From the NCBI RefSeq assembly GCF_009834535.1, contig NC_045696.1, positions 25,360,001 to 25,424,000 on the forward strand: a DNA stretch of 64,000 bases, given 5' to 3'. The stretch comes from Camelus ferus. Taxonomy: Eukaryota. A model generated the notes under the pieces. That model made no database searches. It was not told the origin of the DNA and saw only the letters and a program-made list of their open reading frames with translations. Shown piece by piece: positions 50,718 to 64,000 of this stretch; within the stretch, counting starts at the first letter, position 1; each line of letters opens with the position of its first letter. The translations under genes and the position numbers were made by a program.

Positions 50718-53700
50718 TGGGATTGGTTTCTTAATTTCTCTTTCAAATAGTTTATTGTTAGTGTTTAATAACATAACTAACTTTGTGTATTAATTTTGTA
50801 TCCTGCACCTTTAATAAATTCATTTATTAGTTCTAACAGTTTTTTTGGTAGAGCCTTTAGAGTTTTCCATGTGTAATATCATATCATCTATAATCAGCGA
50901 TAATTTTATTCTTCCTTTCTGATTTGGATGCCTTTTATTTTTTCCTTTGGCCTCATTGGATAGGACTTCCTACTGTGTTGCATAGAAGTATTGATAGTGG
51001 CATCATTTTCTTTTTCCTGATCTTACAAAAAAAGCTTTTAGCTTCATGCCATTAAGTGTGGTGTTAGTTGTGGGATTGTCATATATGGCCTTATTATGTT
51101 GAGGTACATTCCTTTTTTACCTAATTGGTGACAGTTATTATCATGAAAGAGTGTTGAATTCTGTTAAATGCTCTTTCTGTGGCTATTGAGATGATCATAT
51201 GATCTTTATCCTTTATTTTGCTAATGCACTGTATCACATTTATCGATTTGCATATGTTGAACTGTACTTGTATGTCAGGGGTATATCTAACTTGATCATG
51301 GTTTATGATCCTTCTAAGGTACTGTTGAGTTTGGTTTGCTGGTATTTTGCTGAGAAGTTTTACGTCTATGTTCATCAGGGTTATTGATCTGTAATTTTAT
51401 TTTCTTATAGCGTTCTTGTCTGGCTTTGATATCAGGGTAATTGTGGCCTCATAAAACGAGTTTGAAAGTGTTTCCTCCTCTTCAGTTTTTTGTAAGGGTT
51501 TGAGAAGGATTGGTATTAATTTTTCTTTAAAAGTTTGGTAGAATTTACCAGTGAAACCATCTGCACCTGGGCTTTTCTTTGTTGGGAAAATTTTGATTAC
51601 TGATTCAATTTCCTTACTAGCTATAAACCTATTCAAATTTTATATTTTTTTTTCATGATTCTGTTTTTGTAGGTTATATGTTTCTAGGAATTTATCCATT
51701 TCTTCCAGGTAATCCAATTTGTTGGCATTTAATTGTTTATAATAATCCCTTACAATTCCTTGTATTTTTGTGGTATCGATTGTAATGATTGTAATGTCTC
51801 GTATCTCATTTCTCATTTTATTTATACAGTATAATCCTGGCAATTGTGATCATAACAAACCATGATTAGATTATCATAAACACTACATACTATTTAGAGA
51901 TGCAGTGTTCTTTTTACATAATCATTAATAAACAGTAGATCCAAACAGGACTAGAGGAAAAAATGCCCTTTCTACCTAGAATGGATGTAGACTCACCACT
52001 TAATGCTGTAAAATATTATCAGAAAAGTGTCTTAGAAATCAATTAGCTCAATCTACTCAAATAAGAGCAAATAAGATAACCCTTCCTTAAAAGAGTTTAG
52101 GTGTTTTACCCCAGGCCATACTGTTAGCTGAAAGCCAGGCATAGAACAGAGATGTAGTAACTCTTTTTTTATAGTGTTCATTCCAGTACTTCCTACTGCC
52201 ATTCCTCGACTCCCTCAATGTCTGAGGAAATTAAGAATGAGAAAGGGAAAATAAAATGAAACAAATAATCAAATGAAAATCAAATTTGGCAAGGGTTTAT
52301 ACCCTGCTAGTTACGGAGTTAAAAGTGAGATGAGCATCTCTGACTCCAGTTCCATTATGCTCTTCTTTCTAAATGAGTTTAGCTAGTTAAGAAATTAAGA
52401 AAGAAAAGTTTGCCTAAATGGGTGGATAATAATAAGAAGAATGTACTAAAATCACTGTGGAAAGGACAGTTATCATATGAGCAAGTCCTAAGTGATCAGG
52501 ATGTAGTACAAGTCGTCGCACTGAAAAGAGACCGTAGACACAGAAGTCCCAAGCAGAAGACAATATCAGAGTCACGTTTTCTGTCCTTCTGCAAGTACAA
52601 ACTTAAATTCAAAAATATAGCTAGGTGGAAAAGAATCTCAGGTGATTTTTTGGATTTTATAGTTTATTTTTGTCTAGACCATAAAGGGATTTTTCTGTAA
52701 CTCCCATTAATCAACTTTAAAGAAACATTTCTCACAAGTATGTGATTTCTGACACATACCATACCAAAAGGATCTTCAAATTAAACAGTAACATAAAAAT
52801 GATGAAAATTCTCAAATAAAAATAATCACATTTACTGTGTATAGTCCATTTGGTTGAAAATATACTTAAAGACCCTTTAAATCAGTTTTGTCATTTGTTT
52901 ATTGAGTTAGTTTATAAGTCATGTTAGTTACCTAGTTTACTGATGGAAAAAAATTCATGAATTTGAGTTAATTAAGTTACTTCTCATGAGCAGTGTAACT
53001 CTTTGTGCAATACAATTCTCTCCTTGTTTATGAGTTTTAAGAATGTCTGCTCAAAATACCTATGCAACTACATTTAAATCATGCTTCCACAAACTCATAT
53101 ATGTATATATAATAGGAAAACTAGTGTAGCACTTTTTTTTTCTTATGTTCATTTCCCCAACCTCATGTATTTTGTTTTCTAGACTTTACTGACACCAGGT
53201 TTGATGGGACTAGTAAACAGAGGGAGTAAACACAAAAGAAATCACCATAAAATGGCAATATATGTGCTAAGAAATATATCGTGTCATCAAATGTCACACT
53301 GTTAAGTTATTTGTGTTTCTTCTGAGCCTAGAATGATACTCCCACCAAACCTGTTTTTTGAAAGAAAATGAAATTCCAGAAAACCTGAAAGATACACAGA
53401 AACCACAGAAACACTGTGGCTTGACTTACGATTCTTGGTATTTATATAATCAGCAATATGATGTTAACGGGCAGTTGCATATATCTGTGCATATTTAAAT
53501 TAAATAAAACTTTGTTCAAATTAATACAAATACAAATGAAATTGGGTTACCAACAGTTTTTTTCTTTTTTTTTAACTTGGCCTGCAAGGAAAACAGGTGA
53601 AGTTGCTTTGTTTTATTATCTGAACTACTTTTCTATCCAGGGCAATCAAGATCTTCTAAATGAACTACCTGTGTGTCACTCCTTTGCTCCACAAAGGAAA

Positions 53701-55554
53701 CTGTAAAACTGGATCACACTGTGTTACAATGATAAGGATTTATTGTCTCTCTCTATTGAGGGAAATGTTGTGCAATGTTGTATTTTTTCCCTGAAAGTAG
53801 AAAACCTGATGTTCTGAGGGTCAAATGCATCAAGACGATTTAGCCTCATATTTTATTAATGGTAATGGGAATCATGTAGCTAAATCCTGGCAAATTGTAT
53901 TGAATAGCTGCTTCCGATGTTATATGATTATATTCATTATGGGATGTTCATTTGATATTCAGTGTAGAACAACTAATTCTGATGGGTTTTTGTTTTAGTA
54001 ATAGTGATATACCAGCAGGTGGAAAGGCCTTTGCATTTGGAATCAAGAAAATACTATAATCAGTGGTTAAGCTAACCGTTCCTCTATGATCTTACCTGAA
54101 ATACTCTAAACCAAATACAGTCTCTGTTTTAGTATATTATTAAAAGCGTCATCTATTGATAGGTAAGATAAATACTTAAAATACTGCCTCTCTGAAGAAA
54201 TCATTATTTTATTTGAGGGAAATTACCGTAGTTGACTATATATGATGTCATTCACATTTAGCCTTTTTGAGAAATCCTTTGAATAATATTGTTACGTTAT
54301 TAAGAATAAAATTTTCATCTATTTAATTTGTGCTAGTTAGAAAAGGCCTAACTACATATAGAAGTAAAATTATAACCTGATGTGTTTAAATAATGCCAAT
54401 ATTAGTATAATTCTGTGTATGATGTTAGCCTAAAAAGTTGAAACAAAACCTAATTTATGTTTCATTAAATGGATTGTTCTAACACACATTTAAGATAATA
54501 ATTAGCACTAAAATGGCTATATGCACTAATAAATATACATAATTCATATAGAACCATTTTTATTGCTTTATATCCATATTAAAATATTAATTTTCATATT
54601 TCCAGTTAAAACATTTCTTATTAATCTGCTATGAAGACTATACTTCAACCAGTTGTATCTTTGTCTAAGAAATTCCAATTACTTTCCAATTTAATAATTT
54701 TTCTATAGTAGAATTTCACATTTTCTCCAACTGAATATTACCAATTCTAATTGATAGAAGTTATTTTCTTTTTAAAAAGCACAAATCAGAATTATTTTAT
54801 ATCTTTACAGAAAACTGTCATTTCATTCCATATGCTTAAATATAAAAAACTATCACCAATGAGTAAAGGATGTTTCATATGTATAAAGAGTAGGGAACTG
54901 GCAAGAAATAGTTTGTGTTCAACCCCTGGAGTTGGTCAAGAAATTCATGCTGATATTTAATAGCTTATCAGCAGGAAAGTGATGAGATTATTTGGGGCAT
55001 AACTGGTTTCGCACCAAAGCTAAGTGTAAAATATCTATTAAATTGTTGAATCTTTTCCAACTGAGGGGATAAATATCAAATTTAAGAAAATATTGTAACA
55101 AACAAATTCAACCTTTGTTTTCTTTAACCCTACCCATATTGGGGTATTTATTTATACCTTGATTTTAATAATAAGTGAAAATTTCCTACTGGGCCTCCAA
55201 TAGGCAGCAATGTTTGGGGAGACAGCAGTCTCTGTTCTGCAGTGAACTTTGTGCTCATATAACTGGAGTTACTGAGAACAATGGCCAAAAGAAGGTTCAA
55301 CATGCCTATTGAATAGGTTAATTTTTTTCTCTCTAGATTGCAAACAGACCATTTATTTCCAGTGATATCAGTTTTTGACTACTCTTCCAATAAGTACATA
55401 TAAAATATGAACCAGGAAGAGCAGGTTTGGAGTGAGGGGACTATTGAAAATGCTGGTGAATTAGTTTTGTATGTCACCATCAGATCTCGATCAAGATGAT
55501 CATACCACACCTTGATATTAATATGATGGTCTGTATTACTTTTATACTCAAGAA

Positions 55555-55745
55555 GCAGTGTTTCTCAATGCTAGATGCATCTTAGAATTACTTAAAGAGC
55601 TGCTGTTTAAAATTCAGATACCCATGTTCCATCTCCAACCTATTGACTCAGATCTTAGGTGGGTGGAGTGAGGGTGATGTGAGTACTTTCATCATTTAAA
55701 AATATCGCCAGTAATTTTGATGTTCACCATGGAGAAGCCTGCAGT
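55555..55745. mobile_element. MER5-type hAT-Charlie MITE
   Basis: cagtgtttctcaa ... ttagaattactt ... cctattgactcaga. Confidence 0.7.
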
Positions 55746-58700
55746 AGACATGATATTTCTGATAGAGAACATGAGATGGCAAAGTCTGAGGGGGTTTAAA
55801 ATTCATTAGTATTTAATAGAAAATGAGATTTGACATATTCTCCAAAACAATATATTTTAAAATTGGTACTCTGTCTCTGGAACATTATTCTCAAAAATCA
55901 GTATGGGGTTGGGACAGATATTAATAGCTGTGAATAACAATGTTTACCTGATTTTGTTATGAAAGTCCTATTTAGTCCCCAATTTTTACACTTTCTCTGG
56001 ATATGATTACTGTGATCCTTCTGAGGTTTCTTTTTGTCTTCTCTTTGTGCCAGCTATTCCCAGTTCTTGCCTTCCTGACGTGTACATATTGACCACCTAA
56101 AACTTGAAGTTCATTTTTCTAAGTACCTGTTTACATGACAGACTAATGTGTGTAACAATGGGCTAGAAATGAAGGGAATCTATGTTGCATAACAGAATCT
56201 CTATACAGGCTTACTCTTCGTTTTCTTCAGTGGTCTCGACTGTCCACTCTTGCCTCTCCTAAATGTGTGATTTTACGATAGCTTGCTGTCAAGGGGTTGC
56301 ATACCTTGGCTTCAGCCCCTTGTTTGTAAGTTTTAGATCTGAATTTAGACTCAAATTTAGCTTGAGAAGATGGCTGAAAGAAAATATGGGTAAACTTAAC
56401 TGTTTCTACATGAGCAGGTAGACCTTGTCCCGATGCAGGTCACTAGAGTTCCATATTACACAGTGAATCAACTTCTCAACAAAGATTAAAAACTACTTGC
56501 ATGTTTGATCTGAATTAACCTTTCAGGGTCACAGGGGCACCATTTAGTAAATTGCATTGTCTCTTTGTAAATGGGATCAGGCTATAAAAGAGTTTTTTCA
56601 TCTAACTTAGGAAATAAATTTACTTATGTGCATTAGTCTAGGAAACAGAAACATGCTTAAAATCCTTAATAGAAAAGTGATGATGTAGTTTATGTAGAAA
56701 CAATTTTTTTCAAATGCTTTGATACTTCAAAAATATTTGTAAAATAAAATAAGGGTAGATGGGAGATAAGGATGTAGAAAAGACAACTTTAGTCAACTCA
56801 CTCATGAAAAACCTTGTTTTGAAGGGGAGGAGAAATGGGTGGTGCAGGTCAGAGGTCAAGGTAAGAAAAAGGTAAGTTTTTTTTTTTTTGTATACTAAAG
56901 ACAACAAGAAAATTCTTCTTTTCATATTTTATTTTATTCCATTTTATTTCTATTTTATTTTAAATTTTTACTGAAGGTTCATGATAGAAAAGAGAGAAAA
57001 GCATAGGAGAATACTTAATGATGTGAGAGGAGATAAAAATCCTGCCCATATGTGAAGTAATTTGTCCTTAAGTAGTGAGCCATGTCTCCCATTGTAACAG
57101 GAGGGAGTGTAAAGCCAACAGACACAAATGCAGGTAAGTTTGTAGATTTGACCACAGAGTGAGGGAGTTGCCATCTAATCTTACCTTCTATGTTCTCTTA
57201 AAACTTAAGGTGGTACTTTGCAAGTTGAAAGGAATGGGGAGAATAAAATAGAAGGTCCCTCTTCTGTAGAGCAGAAGAGAGAGCAGATAAGGAAATCAGA
57301 ACCACCAAGACCCACACCAAACCAACCTCAGGGCAGGCAGGGACCCTTAAGTTGTACTGCCACTAGTATTCAGTCACATTTTTCCCCAGCAGCACTCAGC
57401 AACCAGGATGTCCTTTGGCAAAGGCAGGGAGCTGACATAGCCTGATAAATGCAACAGAACGACAACACGGAAAAAGAAAGTTGAGGCTATTTGCATGAGA
57501 GCAGCTGAACTTACAATGGATAGACAAGTGATAGAGACAAAAATAGGCTAATAGTGAGAACAGGAGTAAATAGATGTGATGAATTTGAAAACAGGAAAAG
57601 GGGGAGTATTGAGAAAGAGAAATTGAGAGATAAGGGTTGATGATCAGAAGATTAAATGTTTTGTATTCAAACTTCCTAAGTTATGACAAGTTATGCTCTT
57701 AAGAAGGGGTGGAAGTGAGTAGTAGTAAATCCACTGGATATGAGATCAAGGAGTAGACACACTAGGGTTATGGTTTCCTATCCATGGGGATTTTGAAGTC
57801 TCTTATAGGGATCGTTGTGAGCCAGATATTAAAGTGTCCAGTTGATGAAAGGATGTGTCTAGGAGTTCAGTAGTTGACAATGAACCAGATGGTAAAAATA
57901 GACTAGACATATGGCCATAGCCTCAAAGGATCTGAGTTTTATTTAGTGGCAGACATCTAACAGTTTATAAGCAGCATTGTCAAATTAAGGGGGGAATCAC
58001 CTAACCTTCTGTCATTGAATATATAAAGTGACAAACATGATTAAAAATAAATAAAAATGAGAAAACAAAAAATCCCTATCATACGATCTTTAATGGTCAT
58101 TTTCAAGTGCATTGTGAATGGTAGATTCTTAATAAATGGTAGGTTTTTATCCAGACTGGATAAAAATGCAGCCCCACCTGACACTGTAGGAGGACAGAGA
58201 CTAATCACTCCACTGTGGTACAATGGAGACAAGCAGAGCAGAGGCCCTCGACTTTGTCCAAAGACCTCCAAAGAGTCCGTGAATAGAATCCATGTGGCTG
58301 GGATCTTGGATAAAACAAGATTACACTTCTATTTTCATTATCCTAATATTTAGTATCTTCTTCATTTATGAATATATGCAATAAACCATGGTAGTTAGCA
58401 ATATCTCTGTATTCATCACCAGCAGAAATCATACTTTCATATTACCTTATATAAATGTCATCCAATACACATAGTATATATAAATCATATAATATAAACA
58501 ATTTGCATTCATGTTCATTAAACTTTTTAAATTGTAATAGTTATTTTGCCTGATAATAGATATCAATATTTAACATTTTTAGCAAAGTGCCTACATTATT
58601 CCTTTAACTTATAAATATGATAATTGTATTTCAGTATAGTAAATACATTTTATGAAGTGGCCCAAAGTTGTGCATAGCACAGGTACCTGCATTAGAACTT

Positions 58701-59105
58701 GGTAAACGCAACATTCTAGCCACCTAGAATCCTTTCTGGAAATTTTCTGGTCTCCCATCACAACCAGGCATATCACTAACATTGACCTTTTTATTGTTCT
58801 AAATCAATAACAGCCTAGATCCTGCACAGTCTTGGTCTCTTCTATCTCCATGGATTAGTTCTCATCCACCTTTCACTCTATAACCCAACCCCATGGGGCT
58901 CCTTTTTAATACTTGAGTGAGTTATGGTTTTATTTTTCTTTTTGTTTTCGATTTTTCTAACTTTGAGCCTTTCTACTTATACTGTTCAATGTGCCTGAAA
59001 TAGAATTTAATCCTTTTATCTCACCACCACCCTTTACCTAGCCAATGTGTATTTAGCCTTCTGACTCTCCCAAACCAAGTTAGACATGCCACTTAAAATA
59101 CAGGG

Positions 59106-59208
59106 CTGCATGGGACATGCGTATACTAAAAAGATTATTTATTGTTCACCTGAATTCAAAGTTAACTGGAAGCCTTTATATTTTCACTCGCTAAAACTAG
59201 CAATTCTT
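59106..59208. mobile_element. MER53-like hAT MITE, one arm
   Basis: tgggacatgcgtatactaaaaagatt ... cacctgaattcaaagttaactgg ... gctaaaactagcaattct. Confidence 0.65.
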
Positions 59209-59300
59209 CCCATAGTACCAATGATACCCTTTCTAAATATCTTCTAACTTGTAATTATTTGTCTATCTTTTTTGCCAATCTGAATTTCCATGAGCCAGAG

Positions 59301-59303
<3 letters not shown>

Positions 59304-59350
<47 letters not shown>

Positions 59351-59361
59351 CATATATATAT
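59304..59361. repeat. (TA)n microsatellite within an L2 3' end
   Basis: Direct observation; the flanks are L2 tail sequence. Confidence 0.95.
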
Positions 59362-60117
59362 GCTGTTCACTCTGGTACCCTTAATACCCAGAATAAAGGT
59401 GCTGAGCATGTAGCAGTTACTCATAAATTTAAGGTGACTGAATTAATGAACTATATTCTATGTTTAAAGTATCTGTTTAGAGTTCTGACTTTCCTAATAA
59501 ACTATAAGTTCCTCAAGGACAAAGACCTTCTTTGTACCCAAAGTCAAAACCCAGTGTCTGTAACAGAGTGCACATTCAAAAAATGTGTTCAATAGAACCA
59601 AACACTGTTTTGTTTTTCCCTTGAAAGCCACCAGTGCATGTGAAGGAGTTTTTGTAAGGTATTAAAACTACCTTATTTGAGAATAAAAGTGTCAAAATGA
59701 GGAGAGAGAAGTTAAGTAAGTATACATTTTAGGCCCAGTTTCTCAATTAGCATAACTATTTGGGTGAAATAAGACACTTTCTGATTTAGCTCTTCTTTCT
59801 TTAATTCTTTTATACAAAAATGGATGAAGGTGAGAAGCATAAATATTTCCAGGTGTTAGTGTTTAAGCATGCAAATGAATGTTTTTACACTGTTATAATA
59901 AAAATGGGAAGGGTCTGAATGTTTGTGGATGAAGAGAAGGGAGGGGGAATCAGATTTCTGAAAAAGTTTGAAAAATTCTGTTAAACGCAAGTTGTCAAAG
60001 ATGTGTAGTGCTGGCAGGTATTCTGTCAGTACTTGAATGATACCACTTTGGCAGCATCCTTCCTAGAGCAGAAGATATCTGAAGTGCAGTCTAGCTTTAA
60101 AATCAAGTGTACCTCAG

Positions 60118-61921
60118 GTGCCGAGAATATCCAGTGGGGAGAGGATAATCTCTTCACCAAATGGTGTTGGGAAAACTGGATATCCACGTTCAAAAGGGCA
60201 AAGCTGGACCCTCATCTCACTCTATACACAAAAATCAACTCAAAATGGGTTAAAGACTTGCATGTAAGACCTGAAACTGTAACATTTATTTGAAGAAAAC
60301 ATAGGAGGAAAGCTTCATGACATTGGTCTTGACAATGAGATCATTTATGTGACAGGAAAAGTACAGGCAACAAAAACAAAAATAAACAAGTGGGACTACA
60401 ATAAACCAAAGAGCTTCTGGACTGCAAAAGAAAGAGTCAACAGAGTGAAAAGGCAAACTACAGAATGGGAGAAAATGTTCATATGAAACATTTGAGAAGA
60501 GGTTAATCTCCAGAATATAAGGAACTCCTACAATTCAGCAAAATCAACCCAACTTTTAAAAAATGGTGAAGGACCTGAATAAATATTTCTCCAAAGAAGC
60601 CATACAAGTGGCTAACAGGTATGTAAAAAAGATGCTCAACATCAGGAATCATCAGGGAAATGTAAACCAAATGACAGTAAGATATCACCTTACACCTGGC
60701 AGGATAGCTGTTATCAAAACAAACAAACCAAAAGTGTTGAGGATGTGGAGAAATTAGAACCTTTGCACACTATTGATAGGAAAGCAATATGATGCAGCCA
60801 CTGTGGAACACAAGTAGGAAGTCTCCTCGAAAACTTAAAAATAAAACTACCACATGATCCAGAAATCTGACTTCTGGGAAGACATCCAGAGGAAGCAAAA
60901 TCACTATCTTAAAGAAGTATCCGTACCCCCACTGCAGCATTGTTCACGATAGTCAAGTTATGGAAACAACCTAAGTGTCTAACCAAGAAATGAACAGACA
61001 CAGAAAACTGTGGTGTATATCACACAGATGTCTTGTACCCAAATGTGGTATTGATGTGAAAATGTCTTAACTCTCAAGAGTCTCCCAGAAATAGCAGAGA
61101 TTGTGTCGGACCTGAAGGGGCCAGCAGACAAGAATGAAACACGTCTTGACATAGCCTGCACGGATGACGGAAGGAGGCAACAGACACACCAGTAACTGCC
61201 ACCAAGCGCAGATGACATACACGACCAGAGGATCTTCTTTTGATGCTTAGGTACTACAGAGCACAGACTAAATAACCACAGAATTTAAACCCAACCTCAG
61301 GAAAAGTGGGAAAGGGAGACCAAATTAATTGAGGTTAAGAAAAGGAAAACAGTATGTAGGTTTCTTTAAAAAATAAAATAGAACCACTGTATGACTCAGC
61401 AGTCCCACTTCTGAGTATCCTATCCAAAAGAACTGAAATCAAGATCTCTAAGAGATATTAGCATTCCCATGTTAATTATGGTTCATTATATCCAAGATGT
61501 GACAAACAGCCTAATGTCCATCAACAGATAAATGGATAAAGAAAACATGGTGTGTACATACAATAGAATCGTTTTCAGACTTAGAGATTCTGCAGTATAT
61601 GAAAACATGCATGAACCCTGAGGACATTGTGCTAGGTGAAATAAACCAGTCACAGAAAGAAATGCTGCATGCTTCCACTCACAGGAGGTACCTAAATAGT
61701 CAAACTTGTGGCAGAATGGTGGTGGCGAGCTACAAGGAGGGGAAAATAGTGGTTACTCATCAGTGGGCATGACGTTTCAGTTAAGCCGGATAAACAGGCT
61801 CTAGAGATTGGTACAGCATTATACCTATAGTAAAACAATAATGTAATATAAACTTAAAAATTTGTTAGGGGGGTAGATGTCAGGTTATATGTCCTTAACA
61901 TAAATAAACGGACGTTTTAAA
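60118..61921 (+). mobile_element. 5'-truncated L1 (L1MA-type ORF2 C-terminus plus 3'UTR), composite structure
   Basis: ORFs 60033-60293 ([17 protein letters not shown]...[12 protein letters not shown]) and 60563-60757 are L1 ORF2. AATAAA at 61903-61908 and an A tail. Decayed TSD aaaatcaagtgtacctcag (60099-60117) / aaaatcaaattcctcag (61922-61938). Confidence 0.9.
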
Positions 61922-62741
61922 AAAATCAAATTCCTCAGTTATAAAGTATATCCACTGTTAAGGAACCTGAAGAGGAGCCAGCAAAGGAAATAGTCATGGA
62001 ATACTTGGAAACTTGGAAAGGGTACTGGGGAGTTGGAACTCTGGAAATATGGAAAGAAAACAAAAATGACCAAGAGAGAGAAATTTTCTGTGGAGATCAT
62101 AGATAACAAGGAAAAATGAGTGCTGGATATAAAAATAGGAATAGATCTTTTATTTTTAATGTAGATTTTCATTAGAGTGCTTTGTCATAAAAGCAGACCA
62201 TAGTGAGTTAAGAGGAAAGATCGAATGCAATTCAGAGAATCTTGGAATCTAAAAGAATAAAACATGAGAGAGTAGGAAGAAGGTTAGATGATGGGGATGT
62301 TTATTGTGGTTTCTTTTGCTTTTCTTTTGTTTTAAAGATGAAATCAAATTTGTCTATAGTTAGAGAAATAGGCTGGTAGATTTCAAAGTATGAGAAGCTG
62401 AAGTTTGTGGGAACAGAAGAGACAAGTGTGAAAGAAAATGCTTGAGGAGGAGATGTGAGAGTAATGGATTACAGGATATTGATTTTATAGAGATAGAAAT
62501 ATCTTTGAAATTTCACTCAACGATGAAAGGATTCCTGCCCAGTGATGTATACATCACTTTGATGGTGTTAATACCAAAAGCAGGAGCTGAGAAGACAGAA
62601 AGGTAGGAATTCGACTCCATAAAGAAGACAGGCAAGATGTGTCTAACTGCTTATTTGACAACACACACTCATGCCCACACATACACACTAATGTTACTGT
62701 TCCCTGCTGATACGTATTTTCCCATTCCTTGACTGTTATTC

Positions 62742-62782
62742 TATACTCCCAGCCTGACTGTACTTATACTCCCAGCCTGACT
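62742..62782. repeat. 23-bp-period tandem duplication
   Basis: tatactcccagcctgact at 62742 and 62765. Confidence 0.9.
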
Positions 62783-64000
62783 ATTTAAAATTGATCAGTA
62801 GCATTTTAATTAGCACATCATAATGCAAATGCCCTTGGCAATTAGTGCTCTGCATGACTGTCCTCTGTTATGTGTGCTTTTTTGCATCAGGGACCATTTC
62901 TACCACTGTGTTCTTACTTTCTGACAATTATTATACAGTCTGGTCAGTGGTTTTGACCTTTAAGCCTAATGAATTTGTGCAACTGATAGTGCTGGAAACC
63001 ACAGAGGCAACTGGAAGGGATAGAGTATCATGCTTGGATATAAAAGTGATAGATCTAGGATGCAGCTGCTCTTAGTGAAATGGTCAAGGAAAAAGATGAC
63101 GAGCAGACCATGGCGGATTGGTGGATATATTTTAAATTGTGAAACTTACTGCAAATGCAAGGTCAGCAAAGATGAGTTACCAGAAATAGACCTGTATCTG
63201 TGGAAAAACTAAAGGCCTGAGTCAAGTTATGATTTCAAGAGGTTTGAAGAAAATGGAAGAACAATTCCCAGTCGTGATGTCAGGAGGTCATTCCTATAGA
63301 CTGCCAGTCCAGTAAAAATACGGAGAAAACGTGTCTTATCAGATGCCATCCACATAATCAATACTCACTATTAAGCAATACATTTTGCTGCCCTCCATGA
63401 AATAGGATCAATGCTTGCTGTAGTTATTGTATAGTTATTACAATTATGTCATTTTTTGCAAAATAATCTGATGTTAAAGATGTCTTTTAAAATAAGCAGG
63501 GTTTATTTTCCGATTTATTCCAAGATTCTGGCTTTTAGGTGAATATCTTAGCATGAACATCTTAATCATCACCCTGATTAGAATGTACCTCTCTTCTCCA
63601 GTTTTAGAAGCCACAAGTGTAACCTTGAATGTGAATACTTTACATACGTTTTTTGAATTTTCAGATTTAAAAAATATAGACACTCTGCTTTTGGGGAAAT
63701 CAGTCTGCAATATTTACCTTAAATTTCAAATGTATAACTAGTTATAACTGTTTTTAACTAGTTTTAACTGGCTGTGAAATGGATAAGTTTTTTCTCAGTT
63801 TATATTTACGGTATGAAATAAGGAACCAGGTGGTGTTTCTGCTTCAGTAGTCTGTGTCTATTCAGCAGAAAATATTAAAATATACTAGACCTTTTAAGTT
63901 CCATCTGCCCAAATACCTGGTCTCTCTCCTCCCCATAGGTTCCAGGCATTCATGTTAAACATCTTTATAATGATTCTATCACATAAAAAGTCATTAAAAA

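Larger units (their letters stand above)
48648..51828 (-). mobile_element. 5'-truncated L1 (L1MA9-like 3' end), about 3.2 kb, with decayed ORF2
   Basis: ORF-track pieces 51121-51843 and 49613-49822 are L1 ORF2 (KKSPGADGFTGKFYQTFKE, ISIATERAFNRIQHSF). The RT FADD motif is degenerated to IIDD near 50890. The 3'UTR matches L1MA-type sequence. Multiple stops and frameshifts, with a small internal deletion near 50280. Confidence 0.95.

Noticed and set aside
51121..51843. Reverse-transcriptase-like ORFs as an active gene or novel RT system
   Set aside because: These are frameshifted pieces of an ordinary 5'-truncated L1 ORF2 with a degenerated catalytic motif.

Overview
An AT-rich, CpG-poor stretch of mammalian nuclear DNA, either intergenic or deep intronic. 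I cannot recognise any protein-coding exon, tRNA, rRNA or CRISPR array in it. Two tRNA-derived SINEs matching the camelid Vic-1 family, plus a lineage-type L1 3' end and no Alu, Bov-tA/BovB or PRE-1, point to a camelid genome (alpaca, llama or camel). A large share of the window is transposon-derived: L1 (a 3.2-kb minus-strand copy, a 1.8-kb composite plus-strand copy and fragments), L2/MIR relics, MaLR (MLT1) and ERVL (MER54) LTRs, four ERV1-type solo LTRs clustered at 34-40 kb, a Tigger1 derivative and hAT MITEs. The only ORFs in the track with recognisable protein similarity are decayed L1 ORF2 pieces. Worth a second look: an L1 carrying an apparently captured foreign segment (60.1-61.9 kb), candidate non-coding exons with strong splice signals, CpG-enriched patches inside ancient repeats, several enhancer/CNE-like blocks, a decayed 190-bp palindrome and short tandem duplications. 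I found no convincing new biological system. Repeat family names come from recalled consensus similarity, not a database run, and ancient repeat boundaries are approximate.
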